Source: an uncultured Alphaproteobacteria bacterium
Lineage (GTDB): Bacteria; Pseudomonadota; Alphaproteobacteria; Methylaequorales; Methylaequoraceae
Reading direction: 5' to 3'
NCBI GenBank assembly: GCA_902537615.1
Contig: CACBBU010000003.1
Span: forward strand, 17,647 to 81,646
DNA length: 64,000 nt
Under the pieces are notes generated by a model that saw only the letters and a program-made list of their open reading frames with translations, did no database searches and was not told the origin of the DNA. The position numbers and the translations under genes were made by a program. Below are positions 53,499-63,634 of this stretch, in pieces. Position 1 is the first letter of the stretch, and the number at the start of each line of letters is the position of its first letter.

Positions 53499-55970
53499 AT
53501 GAATAACTTAAGTAAATATATTTTTTTAGGTTTAACCCCTTTTGTTTTTAGCAAAGCTTCTGCTCAAGATAAAACTTATATAGCTCCAGATGTTAACGTT
53601 ATATCTGTCTCACCAGTCCAAGGCTCAGGAATAAATATTGAAAGAGTTCCCTCTAATATCCAAAGTTTTGATCTTGAGTCTCTCACTAAAAAGAAAAACT
53701 TTTCAGTTGTTGAAACGTTAAATAGAGAAGCGGCAGGAGTCTCAATATCTAACTTAAATAGTTCTCCAATGCAAAATGATATTAATTTTAGAGGTTATGT
53801 ATCTGGACCACTTCTAGGATCAGCTCAAGCTTTGGCAATTTATCAAAATGGTATGAGAGTTAATGAATCATTTGGTGAAGTTATTCAGTGGGACCTAATT
53901 CCGGATTTTGCCATAAATAGCATGCAAATTTTCTCTGGTGGGGATCCTATTTTTGGTCAAAATGCGATAGGCGGAGCTATCTCAATGCAAATGAAAAATG
54001 GATTTGACAATGAAGGTGTCAAAACAACATTTTCTGGAGGTGATCATGGAAGAACGAATGAAGTTATAGAGTATGGAAAAGCCTTTGGTGATTACGCAGT
54101 TTATTTAGGCGCTAACTTTAATGTTGATAAAGGGTGGAGAGATCAATCTGAGTCTTACTTAGAAACCTTTTATAGTGATTTTAGGTACAGAGGAGAAGAT
54201 ACAGAGTTGTTTATGAATATTGGACAGGCTTTTACTGACTTAAGAGGAAATGGTGCTGTTCCTTTAACTCTGATTCCACTTGAGGGAGAAAGTGCTGTTT
54301 ACACCCATCCTGATAACACCCACAATAAAAATTACTACGCTAATTTTGGTGGTAATCATTTCTTTAACGATAAACTTTCTATTCAAGGAAACATGTATTA
54401 CCGTCATATGGAGAGAAGAAATTATAATGGTGATGAATTTGATGGAAGAGATTGTGGCTTTAATTTTGATAGAGGTGGTGGTGCTGCTGATGGCACATTA
54501 TGCGGCGAATATGAATCAAACGCTGCTGCTGATGCAGTAAATATTTTAGATTTAGCTGGAGCGGAAATCAATTATGAAAGATTAGGACTGGAGCTAGATG
54601 ATGACGAAAATGAACTTGAAAATGGTGGTGCGATCAATCGATCAAATACTAAAACTAATGCTTTTGGTCTTAATCTACAGTCAACTTTTGACTCGTCACT
54701 CATTGGTAAAAAAAACACTTTCATAGGTGGTGTTAATTATGATTTTTCAAAGAACAGTTTTGCTTCTTCCACAGAATTAGGGATAGTGTTGGCTGATAGA
54801 GGTGTTCAGGGAACAGGTGTATTATTATCTACAGATGCAGAAGGTGAAGAGCAATTTATAACAAATATGGAGTCTACAACACATAATACGGCATTGTATG
54901 GAAGCAATACAATTGATCTTGATAACACAACTTCATTGAATCTGTCAGCGCGATGGAATTGGGCCTCTATGGAAATTAATGATCAGCACGGAACAGCTCT
55001 TGAAGGACATCATTTTTTCTGGAGAATTAACCCTGGTGTTGGAATAGTTAAGAGATTCAATGAGGTACCTTTGTTTGGTTCTGCAAAAGTTTTTGCATCT
55101 TACAAAGAATCAAGCAGAACACCTTCAATTGCAGAACTGGCATGTGCTGACCCTAACGCGCCTTGTAGGCTACCAAACTCATTTCAAGCTGACCCTCCAT
55201 TAGATCAAGTTGTTAATAGAAACTTTGAAATTGGTGCCAGTGGTATTAAAAGTGGTTATCAACTTATGGGAATGGATCATACTATTAATTGGAACATGAG
55301 TGCATATGCAGGAAGAAATTATAATGATATTATTTTTATAGGTGGTAACAGAGTTGGAACTGGTTATTTTAGAAATGTAGGTAACACTCAAAGAATAGGT
55401 GCTGAATTTGTGCTCAATGGCCAACTTGGTGAAAAATGGTCCTGGTTCACAAACTATGCATACGTTCGCGCGACTTTTGAAACCTCACAGATGATTTCAA
55501 GTGTAGGTCATCCACACAATACTTTTGAAGATGATGATTTTGATGACAATGTGTTAAGAGAGCAATACCAAATTCCAATTGGACATGGTGATCAGATACC
55601 GGGTATTTCCCCTCATATTGGAAGATTTGGACTCGGTTACTCTCCTTTAAAAAACTGGACAATAAATTTAGATGTTGAAGCTAATTCAGCACAACTATTC
55701 AGAGGAGACGAGAGTAATGCATCAGGTTTAGAAGTTCCCGGTTATTTCTTATTTAACGCAAGAACAGAGTACAATTTTTCTTTAGGTGAAAAGTTTAGAG
55801 ATGGTGCAAATGCTACTTTCTTTCTTGTGGCCAGAAATATTACTGATGAGAATTACCGAACAGGTGGACTTTTTGGAGAAAATGAGGTCTCAGGTACTGG
55901 AGGAGGTAGTATATTTGCAACACCTGGGATGCCTACGTCAATCTTTGCTGGTATGAATGTAACTTGGTAG
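53499..55970 (+). CDS. TonB-dependent outer-membrane receptor
   Basis: Signal peptide ...SKASA/QD, TonB-box-like PDVNVISV, plug motifs INFRGY, AIYQNGMRVNESFGEVIQWDLIP, FGQNAIGGAISM. 823 aa with C-terminal aromatic ...AGMNVTW. Confidence 0.9.
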   Translation: MNNLSKYIFLGLTPFVFSKASAQDKTYIAPDVNVISVSPVQGSGINIERVPSNIQSFDLESLTKKKNFSVVETLNREAAGVSISNLNSSPMQNDINFRGYVSGPLLGSAQALAIYQNGMRVNESFGEVIQWDLIPDFAINSMQIFSGGDPIFGQNAIGGAISMQMKNGFDNEGVKTTFSGGDHGRTNEVIEYGKAFGDYAVYLGANFNVDKGWRDQSESYLETFYSDFRYRGEDTELFMNIGQAFTDLRGNGAVPLTLIPLEGESAVYTHPDNTHNKNYYANFGGNHFFNDKLSIQGNMYYRHMERRNYNGDEFDGRDCGFNFDRGGGAADGTLCGEYESNAAADAVNILDLAGAEINYERLGLELDDDENELENGGAINRSNTKTNAFGLNLQSTFDSSLIGKKNTFIGGVNYDFSKNSFASSTELGIVLADRGVQGTGVLLSTDAEGEEQFITNMESTTHNTALYGSNTIDLDNTTSLNLSARWNWASMEINDQHGTALEGHHFFWRINPGVGIVKRFNEVPLFGSAKVFASYKESSRTPSIAELACADPNAPCRLPNSFQADPPLDQVVNRNFEIGASGIKSGYQLMGMDHTINWNMSAYAGRNYNDIIFIGGNRVGTGYFRNVGNTQRIGAEFVLNGQLGEKWSWFTNYAYVRATFETSQMISSVGHPHNTFEDDDFDDNVLREQYQIPIGHGDQIPGISPHIGRFGLGYSPLKNWTINLDVEANSAQLFRGDESNASGLEVPGYFLFNARTEYNFSLGEKFRDGANATFFLVARNITDENYRTGGLFGENEVSGTGGGSIFATPGMPTSIFAGMNVTW

Positions 55971-56021
55971 ATAATTCACTATCTTCTTGAATTATTGAGC
56001 TTACGAAATTATAGTTTATCA

Positions 56022-56573
56022 ATGTATAAATATAAAATCTCATTAGTCTTAACTGGGTTTCTTTCGTTTCTATACTCCTCATTTGCTGACGCTGATACAA
56101 GAGATCTAGATGATATTAAACTATATGATATTGTAAAAGTTGAGCAGTGTTTAGATCAAGCCTACGACACAATCCCAGGCCATGCTAGAAAACTTGAATT
56201 TAAAATAGAGGGAGACGACCCTATTTATGAATTTGATATTGAATCATCTAAAGATGGCTCAACCTACAATGTTGAATGTAACGCGGAGGAGGGATACATT
56301 ATTGAAGTTGAGAAGGAAGTTGACGAGAATAATCTTACATTTAAAAATGGGGCTAAGATTAGCATTGAACAGGCAAGAGTAAATGTTCTTGAAATTCACC
56401 CTGGAAGAATTGTTAATGAAGAAAGAGAAATCGGTATGGATGGGTCACTTACATACGAATTTGATATCCAGTCTAACGCTGGATATGAAATTAAGGTTGA
56501 TGTTGACGCTAAAACAGGTGATATCGAAGAAGCTAGCTTTGAGTTATACGAAATTGGAATGGAAAAAGAGTAA
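56022..56573 (+). CDS. secreted tandem PepSY-domain protein
   Basis: Start moved to MYKYKISLVLTGFLSFLYSSFA (signal peptide). Two PepSY-like modules (...IYEFDIESSKDGSTYNVECNAEEGYIIEVEKE and ...TYEFDIQSNAGYEIKVDVDAKTGDIEE). Confidence 0.7.
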   Translation: MYKYKISLVLTGFLSFLYSSFADADTRDLDDIKLYDIVKVEQCLDQAYDTIPGHARKLEFKIEGDDPIYEFDIESSKDGSTYNVECNAEEGYIIEVEKEVDENNLTFKNGAKISIEQARVNVLEIHPGRIVNEEREIGMDGSLTYEFDIQSNAGYEIKVDVDAKTGDIEEASFELYEIGMEKE

Positions 56574-56628
56574 TTTCTAACTAAGCATAAATTTTTTTTT
56601 AACTTTTATTAAGATTGGTAAAGTAAAT

Positions 56629-57003
56629 CTACTTAATAATGCTTCCTTTATAACCCCCTTGAGAATCATATATATTTCCGTTTCTCTCAAGCTTACCTTG
56701 GTAACTTCCCAACGAATCATACATATTACCAAATTCGTCAATTCTACCTTTAAACCCACTAAAAGTATTATTCCTATTATTGTAATTTTCAAATCTTCCT
56801 AGATAATCACCATAAGAATTATAAATACTTCCATTACTATCTACTCTTCCTTCAAAGCTATTTGAGAAATTAAACATATTTTTACTCTTACCAATTTTTG
56901 TAGAATACTCTTCCGCCGAGTTATAAAGTGAGTCACTCTTAATTTGAGAATAGAAAAAAAAAGTTATAAATAAAGAGGACAAAACGATTAAATATTTTTG
57001 CAT
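56629..57003 (-). CDS. small secreted protein with 3-4 degenerate G.h(D/E)..G.hY(D/N)S.G.Y.G repeats
   Basis: Signal peptide MQKYLIVLSSLFITFFFYS. Repeats are GRVDSNGSIYNSYGDYLGR, GRIDEFGNMYDSLGSYQGK and ERNGNIYDSQGGYKGS. Confidence 0.5.
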   Translation of the reverse strand: MQKYLIVLSSLFITFFFYSQIKSDSLYNSAEEYSTKIGKSKNMFNFSNSFEGRVDSNGSIYNSYGDYLGRFENYNNRNNTFSGFKGRIDEFGNMYDSLGSYQGKLERNGNIYDSQGGYKGSIIK

Positions 57004-57050
57004 AATTTATTTTAAAAAAAAATAACAAGATTTTAAAGGAAATGTTTGAC

Positions 57051-57093
57051 TAAAAAAATGGCATGAAAAAAATTAAATTTATTTCATGCCATT
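57051..57093 (-). terminator. rho-independent terminator downstream of the NhaD-type gene
   Basis: Perfect 12-bp stem AATGGCATGAAA (57057-57068) / TTTCATGCCATT (57082-57093). On the minus strand it is followed by a T7 run (the plus-strand A run 57052-57058). Confidence 0.7.
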
Positions 57094-57109
57094 AATTTTT
57101 AATAAAACA

Positions 57110-58525
57110 TTATCGCTCTAGAGGGACTAGGTCAAACAAATGAGCATTCATCCATAAATGTACAACTATACAAGCTGCATATCCAAGCAGAATTGCCCAC
57201 GCCCACTTGAGGTGAGCAAAGAAAGTATAAACTCCTCTTGCTTGCCCCATTAAAGCAACACCTGCAGCAGAACCAATAGATAGTAACGAACCACCAGTAC
57301 CCGCTGTTAGTGTAATAAGGAGCCATTGCCCCATATCCATAGCAGGATGAGCAGTTAATACAGCATATACTATCGGGATATTATCAATAATTGCTGACAA
57401 AATACCAACTAAAACATTAGCATAAGTTGCACCTAAGGTAACGTACATATCATCAGAGATAAGTTTTAGATAACCTAAGGAAGCAAGCCCACCAACAGCA
57501 ACTAATATTCCATAGAAAAATAGAAGTGTGTCCCATTCAGCTCTTCCAGTTATAACAAAAATATCAAATTTATTTTTATCAGGATATCTAGTTTTAAGAA
57601 AGTAACCGTAGGTTCCAAGCATTCCTAAACCAAACATCATACCTAGAATAGGAGGCATATGCAGAACGTTATGTCCAGTTACTGTTAGAGTTATTGTTAA
57701 AATTCCAAGGAAAGCAATTACCTTACCTCCAGGAAGTATGGTTACCTTTTTTCCGTCCCCTTTAGGAACTTCGTTAGGAATCGCAAAGTACATAATTGCT
57801 GCGGGAACAACGTAATTTACAACAGATGGTACAAAAATAGCGAAAAAGTCAAAAAAGGAAACAAATCCACGTTGCCATACCATTAAAGTCGTTATATCAC
57901 CAAAAGGAGAAAAAGCTCCTCCAGCATTAGCAGCAACAACAATATTAATTAGGCCAGGAACAATAAAAGCCTTATTACCTCGACCTGCAACCATAACCAC
58001 AGTTCCAAGAATTAAAGCCGTTGTTAAATTATCAGCGATAGGGGAAAGAAAAAAAGCAATAACTCCTGAAATCAGAAATATTTTTTTATAACTAAAATTA
58101 TTATTGGATAACCAAGCGCACAGAGCATCAAACATTCGTCTTTCTGTTAATGCATTAACATAAGCCATTGCAACAAATAAAAAGAAGAAAAGTTCAGCAA
58201 ACTCTAATACTACATGTCTAAATTGAGTTTCAGCCCATTTGGCACCAATATTTGGATCTTGTGAGGCAACATAAGCAATTATGACCCAAATCAGAGTGGC
58301 TGCCAGAATTACTGGTTTAGATTTTCTAAAATGCGTAAATTCCTCAGCCATGACGAATGCATATGCCACGATGAATATGATAATACAGAAGATAGCAGCA
58401 GGACTTGTAATCATATCAAGACTTGTTGGGCCACTTGAACCCTCGGCTGCCATGGTTGATACAGGTAAAAGTGAATATAAAAGTATAGTTAAAAATGAAA
58501 GCGTTAATTTAGATAATAAATGCAT
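57110..58525 (-). CDS. nhaD: Na+/H+ antiporter, NhaD / ArsB-NhaD permease superfamily
   Basis: Polytopic, 471 aa. SPIADNLTTALILGTVV and SAIIDNIPIVYAVL motifs. N-terminal signal-like segment typical of NhaD. Confidence 0.7.
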   Translation of the reverse strand: MHLLSKLTLSFLTILLYSLLPVSTMAAEGSSGPTSLDMITSPAAIFCIIIFIVAYAFVMAEEFTHFRKSKPVILAATLIWVIIAYVASQDPNIGAKWAETQFRHVVLEFAELFFFLFVAMAYVNALTERRMFDALCAWLSNNNFSYKKIFLISGVIAFFLSPIADNLTTALILGTVVMVAGRGNKAFIVPGLINIVVAANAGGAFSPFGDITTLMVWQRGFVSFFDFFAIFVPSVVNYVVPAAIMYFAIPNEVPKGDGKKVTILPGGKVIAFLGILTITLTVTGHNVLHMPPILGMMFGLGMLGTYGYFLKTRYPDKNKFDIFVITGRAEWDTLLFFYGILVAVGGLASLGYLKLISDDMYVTLGATYANVLVGILSAIIDNIPIVYAVLTAHPAMDMGQWLLITLTAGTGGSLLSIGSAAGVALMGQARGVYTFFAHLKWAWAILLGYAACIVVHLWMNAHLFDLVPLER

Positions 58526-58580
58526 AAATCCCCTTTTTTATTGCTTTAAAAAAAAACAATTATATATTCCTTAGAAAGTT

Positions 58581-59927
58581 ATGACAAGTAAGAGTAAACA
58601 ATTAAAAAAAATACCCATTTATATTTTTTTTGTTAAAAATCAAATTCCTCAAGAATTTAAAAAATTATCTTTTGAAAAATTTACATCATACTCTGTTTAT
58701 AAGAAAGATGATAAAATTCTCCTCAATTTAGAAAAAATATCAAACCTCAATACTCTTCAAAAAAACTATAAACTTTTCTTAATTGGTCAAGCTTTAAGTA
58801 AATACTGTAAATCTGGTGATTTCTTTATTGATTACTTTGGATGTGAACAAACTGATGTAAAAAACTTCATTTTAGGATGGAATCTAGCTAATTATGATTT
58901 CAATAAATTTCGGTCTAAAAAATTCCAAAAAAAAATTCCAAAAATTTTTCATGAATCTAACAACGAAATCAGTCTATTTACGGAATCCTATTTTTTTATA
59001 AGAGATTTAATCAATACACCTGCAAATATTTTAGGTCCGAAGGAAATCTTTAATGAAGCAAAAAAATTTTTAAAAAAATTTACTCTAAGCAATTTTGTGG
59101 TTGGAAAGAAACTTGAAAAAAACTTCCCCCTAATATCAGCTGTGGGCCAGGGAGCTGACGATTTAAAAAAACCAATTTTTTGTGAATTCAAATTCAATAA
59201 AAAAAAATCAAAGAAAAAAGTATTTTTAATTGGAAAAGGTGTTTCCTTTGATACAGGAGGGTTAAATATAAAAACTGGCTCAGGAATGTCATTGATGAAA
59301 AAAGATATGGGTGGGGCCGCAAATTGTATTGGTCTAGCAAAGTTAATTAGTGATTTTAATCTTGACGTAGACTTGAGACTGTTGTTGTGTTTAGTTGAGA
59401 ACTCTATTTCAAAAAAATCAATAAGACCGTCAGATATTATTAAAAGTAGAAATGGTAGTTTTGTTGAAATAGGTGATACAGATGCCGAAGGAAGACTGAT
59501 TCTAGCTGATGCAATAAGTTATGCTTGTGAAAAAAATGCTGATCTAATTATTGACATGGCAACATTGACAGGAGCGTCGCGTGTGGCAATGGGTACAGAG
59601 GTTCCAAGCTTTTTTTGTAATGATGATGATTTGGCTATGAAATTAATTGATCTATCACAAAAAACCGGTGATCCTCTATGGCAGTTACCATTATGGGAAA
59701 ATTACTCAGGTCAATTAAACTCTGCGCATGCTGATTTTAAAAATATAGGAAATAGTATGTTTGGTGGAGCAATTACAGCAGCACTATTTTTAGAAAAATT
59801 TGTTAAAGATGTTCCATGGATACACGTTGATCTTATGGCATGGACTAGGGCCAATAAATTTTGTTCTTATGAAGGAGGAGAGGCGATGGGTATAAGAGCA
59901 ATTTTGGAACTTATCAAAAGAATTTAA
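58581..59927 (+). CDS. M17 leucyl-aminopeptidase family protein
   Basis: GKGVSFDTGGLNIKTGSGMSLMKKDMGGAA and IGDTDAEGRLILADA metal/catalytic motifs. Confidence 0.85.
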   Translation: MTSKSKQLKKIPIYIFFVKNQIPQEFKKLSFEKFTSYSVYKKDDKILLNLEKISNLNTLQKNYKLFLIGQALSKYCKSGDFFIDYFGCEQTDVKNFILGWNLANYDFNKFRSKKFQKKIPKIFHESNNEISLFTESYFFIRDLINTPANILGPKEIFNEAKKFLKKFTLSNFVVGKKLEKNFPLISAVGQGADDLKKPIFCEFKFNKKKSKKKVFLIGKGVSFDTGGLNIKTGSGMSLMKKDMGGAANCIGLAKLISDFNLDVDLRLLLCLVENSISKKSIRPSDIIKSRNGSFVEIGDTDAEGRLILADAISYACEKNADLIIDMATLTGASRVAMGTEVPSFFCNDDDLAMKLIDLSQKTGDPLWQLPLWENYSGQLNSAHADFKNIGNSMFGGAITAALFLEKFVKDVPWIHVDLMAWTRANKFCSYEGGEAMGIRAILELIKRI

Positions 59928-61504
59928 AAATAAGCTGAACCAAGTAACTGTTTTGTGTATTCATTTTTAGGATTCAAAAAAATTTTATTTTTTTCTTCAA
60001 ACTCAATAATTTTCCCTGACTTCATTACCATTATTTTATCTGATAATGCCTTAACTATTTTTAAATCATGACTAATGAATATGTAAGTTAACTGTTTTTT
60101 TTCCTGTAGATTCAAAAGTAAATCAACTATCTGTGATTGTACAGTCATATCTAATGCACTGGTCGGTTCGTCAAGAATTATTAGTTCTGGGTTTAAAATA
60201 AGTGCGCGAGCTATCGCAATTCTCTGACGTTGTCCACCTGAAAACTCATGGGGGTACCTAGAAAGCATTGAAGAATCAAGACCAACATCGTTGATTATTT
60301 TTTGTGTTAAACCTTCCATTTCTTTTTTTGACTTTTCTTTATTATGTACCTCTAGCCCCTCGCTTACAATATCCTGAACAGTGAGACGTGGACTGAGAGA
60401 AGCAAAAGGATCCTGAAAAATTATCTGAATATTTTTTCTGTAAGACCTAAAGTTTTTTTCGCTAAGATTTGAAATATTTTTATTTTTAAAAAAAAAGTTT
60501 CCCTCAGAATCTATAAGTTTTATTAAAGCTTGGGCAATAGAACTTTTTCCAGATCCACTTTCACCAACAATTCCCAGAGTTTCACCTTTCGCGATCTCAA
60601 AGCTAAGATTTTTTACAGCCTGAAAAGCATCATTTTTATTTTTAAAGAAAAAACTATTTGTATTTTTGTAATAAACACTGAGATTTTTCACAGACAAGAT
60701 AATTTCATTATTTTTTTTTTTTATTTTTTTCTCTCTAGGTTTTGCATTAATAAGCTTCTTGGTGTAAGTGTGTTTCGGTTTGCTAAAGATTTCAGAGGTT
60801 ACGTTTTGTTCTACAATCTTACCCTTTTCCATGACGCATACTCTATCAGAAATTTTTTTTACAATTCCAAGATCATGAGTAATTAGTAATAGAGACATTT
60901 TATATTTTTTTCTTAATCTATCTAAAAGATCTAATATTTGTTTTTGAATTGTAACATCAAGAGCAGTTGTTGGTTCATCCGCAATCAGCAAATCAGGGTT
61001 GTTAGCTATTGCCATTGCAATCATAACTCTTTGTCTTTGTCCCCCTGATAACTGATGCGGGAAGTGCGACAGTCTTTGCTCTGGATTTTCTATACCAACC
61101 TCTTTAAGTAATTCTACACATTTTGATTTATTTGAATTTTGTTGAAACCCTAGACACTCTGTAATTTGTTTTTCAATATTATGAAGTGGATTAAGAGATG
61201 TCATAGGTTCTTGAAAAATCATTGAAATTTTTTTTCCTCTTATATTTTGTAAACTTGACTCATCTGAATTTAAGAGATTTTTTTTTTCATATGTCGCACT
61301 TCCCGTGATTCTAAGTTGTGAGTTTGACCTTATTAATCGCATTATTGCTAAAGCAGTAACTGATTTTCCAGATCCACTTTCACCAACAATTGCTAGACAT
61401 TCACCTTTATTTATTTTAAAACTGCTATCACGAACTGCCTGAACAGTTTGTCCATTAAACTCAAAGGTAATACCAAGGTTTCTAATCTCAAGTAAAGATT
61501 TCAT
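59924..61504 (-). CDS. yejF: peptide ABC importer ATPase with two fused ABC domains (YejF-like)
   Basis: Two Walker A sites (GESGSGKSVTA, GESGSGKSSIA) and two LSGGQRQR signatures. 526 aa. Confidence 0.85.
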   Translation of the reverse strand: MKSLLEIRNLGITFEFNGQTVQAVRDSSFKINKGECLAIVGESGSGKSVTALAIMRLIRSNSQLRITGSATYEKKNLLNSDESSLQNIRGKKISMIFQEPMTSLNPLHNIEKQITECLGFQQNSNKSKCVELLKEVGIENPEQRLSHFPHQLSGGQRQRVMIAMAIANNPDLLIADEPTTALDVTIQKQILDLLDRLRKKYKMSLLLITHDLGIVKKISDRVCVMEKGKIVEQNVTSEIFSKPKHTYTKKLINAKPREKKIKKKNNEIILSVKNLSVYYKNTNSFFFKNKNDAFQAVKNLSFEIAKGETLGIVGESGSGKSSIAQALIKLIDSEGNFFFKNKNISNLSEKNFRSYRKNIQIIFQDPFASLSPRLTVQDIVSEGLEVHNKEKSKKEMEGLTQKIINDVGLDSSMLSRYPHEFSGGQRQRIAIARALILNPELIILDEPTSALDMTVQSQIVDLLLNLQEKKQLTYIFISHDLKIVKALSDKIMVMKSGKIIEFEEKNKIFLNPKNEYTKQLLGSAYF

Positions 61505-61505
61505 T

Positions 61506-62528
61506 TTAAATTACCTTTCTTGGGTCAAATGCGTCTCTAACAGCTTCACCTATAAAAACTAATAAACTTAATTGAAGTGATAAAGTAATAAATGCAGAAA
61601 GACCGAGCCATGGGGCTTGTAAATTAGCTTTACCTTGGGCTACCATTTCGCCTAGAGACGGAGACCCTGGGGGTAATCCGAATCCTAAAAAATCAAGTGA
61701 TGTAAGTGTAGCTATTGAACCTGATAAAATAAAAGGCATTAATGTTAATGTTGCAACCATGGCATTTGGGAGCACATGTTTAAACATAAGTTTAAAATTT
61801 CTTACTCCAAGTGCCTTTGCTGCTTTAACATATTCAAAATTTCTTGCTCTTAAGAATTCTGCTCTTACGACTCCTTCAAGTGACATCCAGCTAAACAAAA
61901 GCATTATAAACAAAAGAATCCAAAAACTAGGCTCAATGAAGCTAGAGATAATAATAAGTAAATATAAAACTGGTAGTCCTGACCAAATCTCTATAAATCT
62001 TTGACCAAATAAATCAATTTTTCCTCCATAAAACCCTTGCACTCCTCCTGCAAATATCCCGATAATACTTGATAGAATTGTTAATATTAGACCAAAAAAA
62101 ACTGAAATTCTAAAACCGTAAATTAGCCTAGCTAATACATCTCTTCCCTGATCATCTGTTCCTAATAAATTTTCAAAAGAAGGAGGTGATGGGGATGGAA
62201 CTTTTAAATCATAATTAATAGTATCATAGGAATATTCAATTAATGGCATAACTGAAAATCCTTGTTCATTTATTAAATCTTTTACAAAAGGATCTTTATA
62301 ATCAGCTTCAGTTTCAAACTCTCCACCATAATAAGTTTCCGATATTTTTTCAAAAACAGGAAAGTGGATGTGACCATTGAAAACAACAAGAATGGGTTTG
62401 TCATTAGCAATGAATTCAGCAAAAATGGAAACTAAAAACAATAATAAGAATATCATGGTTGAGTAAAAGCCTCTTTTATTTGCTCTAAAATTTCTTAATC
62501 TTCGAATTGTTAAAGGTGAAACATTCAT
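61506..62528 (-). CDS. yejE: peptide ABC importer permease (YejE-like)
   Basis: LLGTDDQGRDVLARLIYG, BPD-transporter EAA-loop region (AAKALGVRNFKLMFKHVLPNA). Confidence 0.85.
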   Translation of the reverse strand: MNVSPLTIRRLRNFRANKRGFYSTMIFLLLFLVSIFAEFIANDKPILVVFNGHIHFPVFEKISETYYGGEFETEADYKDPFVKDLINEQGFSVMPLIEYSYDTINYDLKVPSPSPPSFENLLGTDDQGRDVLARLIYGFRISVFFGLILTILSSIIGIFAGGVQGFYGGKIDLFGQRFIEIWSGLPVLYLLIIISSFIEPSFWILLFIMLLFSWMSLEGVVRAEFLRARNFEYVKAAKALGVRNFKLMFKHVLPNAMVATLTLMPFILSGSIATLTSLDFLGFGLPPGSPSLGEMVAQGKANLQAPWLGLSAFITLSLQLSLLVFIGEAVRDAFDPRKVI

Positions 62529-63634
62529 TAGTTTCCTCTACTTTCAAAATCAATCCTAGGATCAATTAGCACATAAGTTAAATCACTGATTAATCTAAGC
62601 AGTAGACCAATTAATGTAAAAATGTATAAACTTCCAAATACAACGGGATAATCTCTACCTAGCGCTGCTTCAAACCCAAGTAGGCCTAGACCATCTAGTG
62701 AAAAAATAACCTCAATGAGAAGAGAAGACGTAAAAAGAATGTTTATAAAGGCTGCTGGAAAACCCGAAATAACAATTAGCATTGCATTTCTAAAAACGTG
62801 ACCATAAAGAACTTTTTGCTCACTAACTCCTTTAGCTCTTGCTGTAAGTACATATTGTTTATTAATTTCGTCAAGAAAAGAGTTTTTGGTTAACATAGTA
62901 AGGCTTGCAAACCCTCCTATAACCATAGCAAGTACCGGTAGCGCAAGGTGCCAGAAATAGTCAATAATTTTTTCAAAAAACGAAAGCTCTTCCCAATTTT
63001 CAGAAACCAATCCTCTCAACGGAAAGATATCCAGATAACTTCCCCCGGCAAAAATAACTATGAGAAAGATGGCAAATAAGAAACCGGGAATCGCATAACC
63101 GATTATGATTAAAGAAGAAGAGTACATATCAAACTTTGACCCATCTCTAACAGCTTTTTTTATACCTAGTGGAATTGAAATTAAGTATACAAACAAAGTA
63201 GTCCATAGGCCTAATGAGATTGAGACGGGCAATTTTTCTAAAATTAATGATATGACAGTCTTGTCTTTATAAAAGCTTTCACCAAAATCAAAGACTAAAT
63301 AATTCTTAAGCATTTCAAAAAACCTCTGAACAGGAGGTTTATCAAACCCGTATTGTTTTTCTAATTCTTTAATTAAATCAGGATCAATTCCTTGAGAACC
63401 TCTATATTTACTCTCTTGAGTATTAAAATTTTTCTGAGATTGGTTTTTTGATAGTTGTTCTCCTCCAGATGAAGTAAATCTCTCTGTTACAGATACCTCA
63501 GTACCTTTAATTTGTGCAATAGCTTTTTCAACGGGTCCACCAGGTGCAGCCTGAATAATAATAAAGTTTACCGTTAATATGCCTAAGAGGGTTGGTATTA
63601 TTAGGAACAGTCTTTTAATAATATAGTTTAACAT
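62528..63634 (-). CDS. yejB: peptide ABC importer permease (YejB-like)
   Basis: [57 protein letters not shown]. Confidence 0.85.
   Translation of the reverse strand: MLNYIIKRLFLIIPTLLGILTVNFIIIQAAPGGPVEKAIAQIKGTEVSVTERFTSSGGEQLSKNQSQKNFNTQESKYRGSQGIDPDLIKELEKQYGFDKPPVQRFFEMLKNYLVFDFGESFYKDKTVISLILEKLPVSISLGLWTTLFVYLISIPLGIKKAVRDGSKFDMYSSSLIIIGYAIPGFLFAIFLIVIFAGGSYLDIFPLRGLVSENWEELSFFEKIIDYFWHLALPVLAMVIGGFASLTMLTKNSFLDEINKQYVLTARAKGVSEQKVLYGHVFRNAMLIVISGFPAAFINILFTSSLLIEVIFSLDGLGLLGFEAALGRDYPVVFGSLYIFTLIGLLLRLISDLTYVLIDPRIDFESRGN

Noticed and set aside
54280-55662. ORFs 54280..54540(+), 55200..55424(-) and 55447..55662(-) inside the TonB-dependent receptor.
   Set aside because: They are out-of-frame or antisense to a receptor ORF that is continuous for 823 codons with conserved plug and barrel motifs. 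No independent start signals.
56383-56792. ORFs 56383..56580(+) and 56577..56792(-).
   Set aside because: They overlap the PepSY gene and the repeat-protein gene in other frames. No Shine-Dalgarno and no recognisable features.
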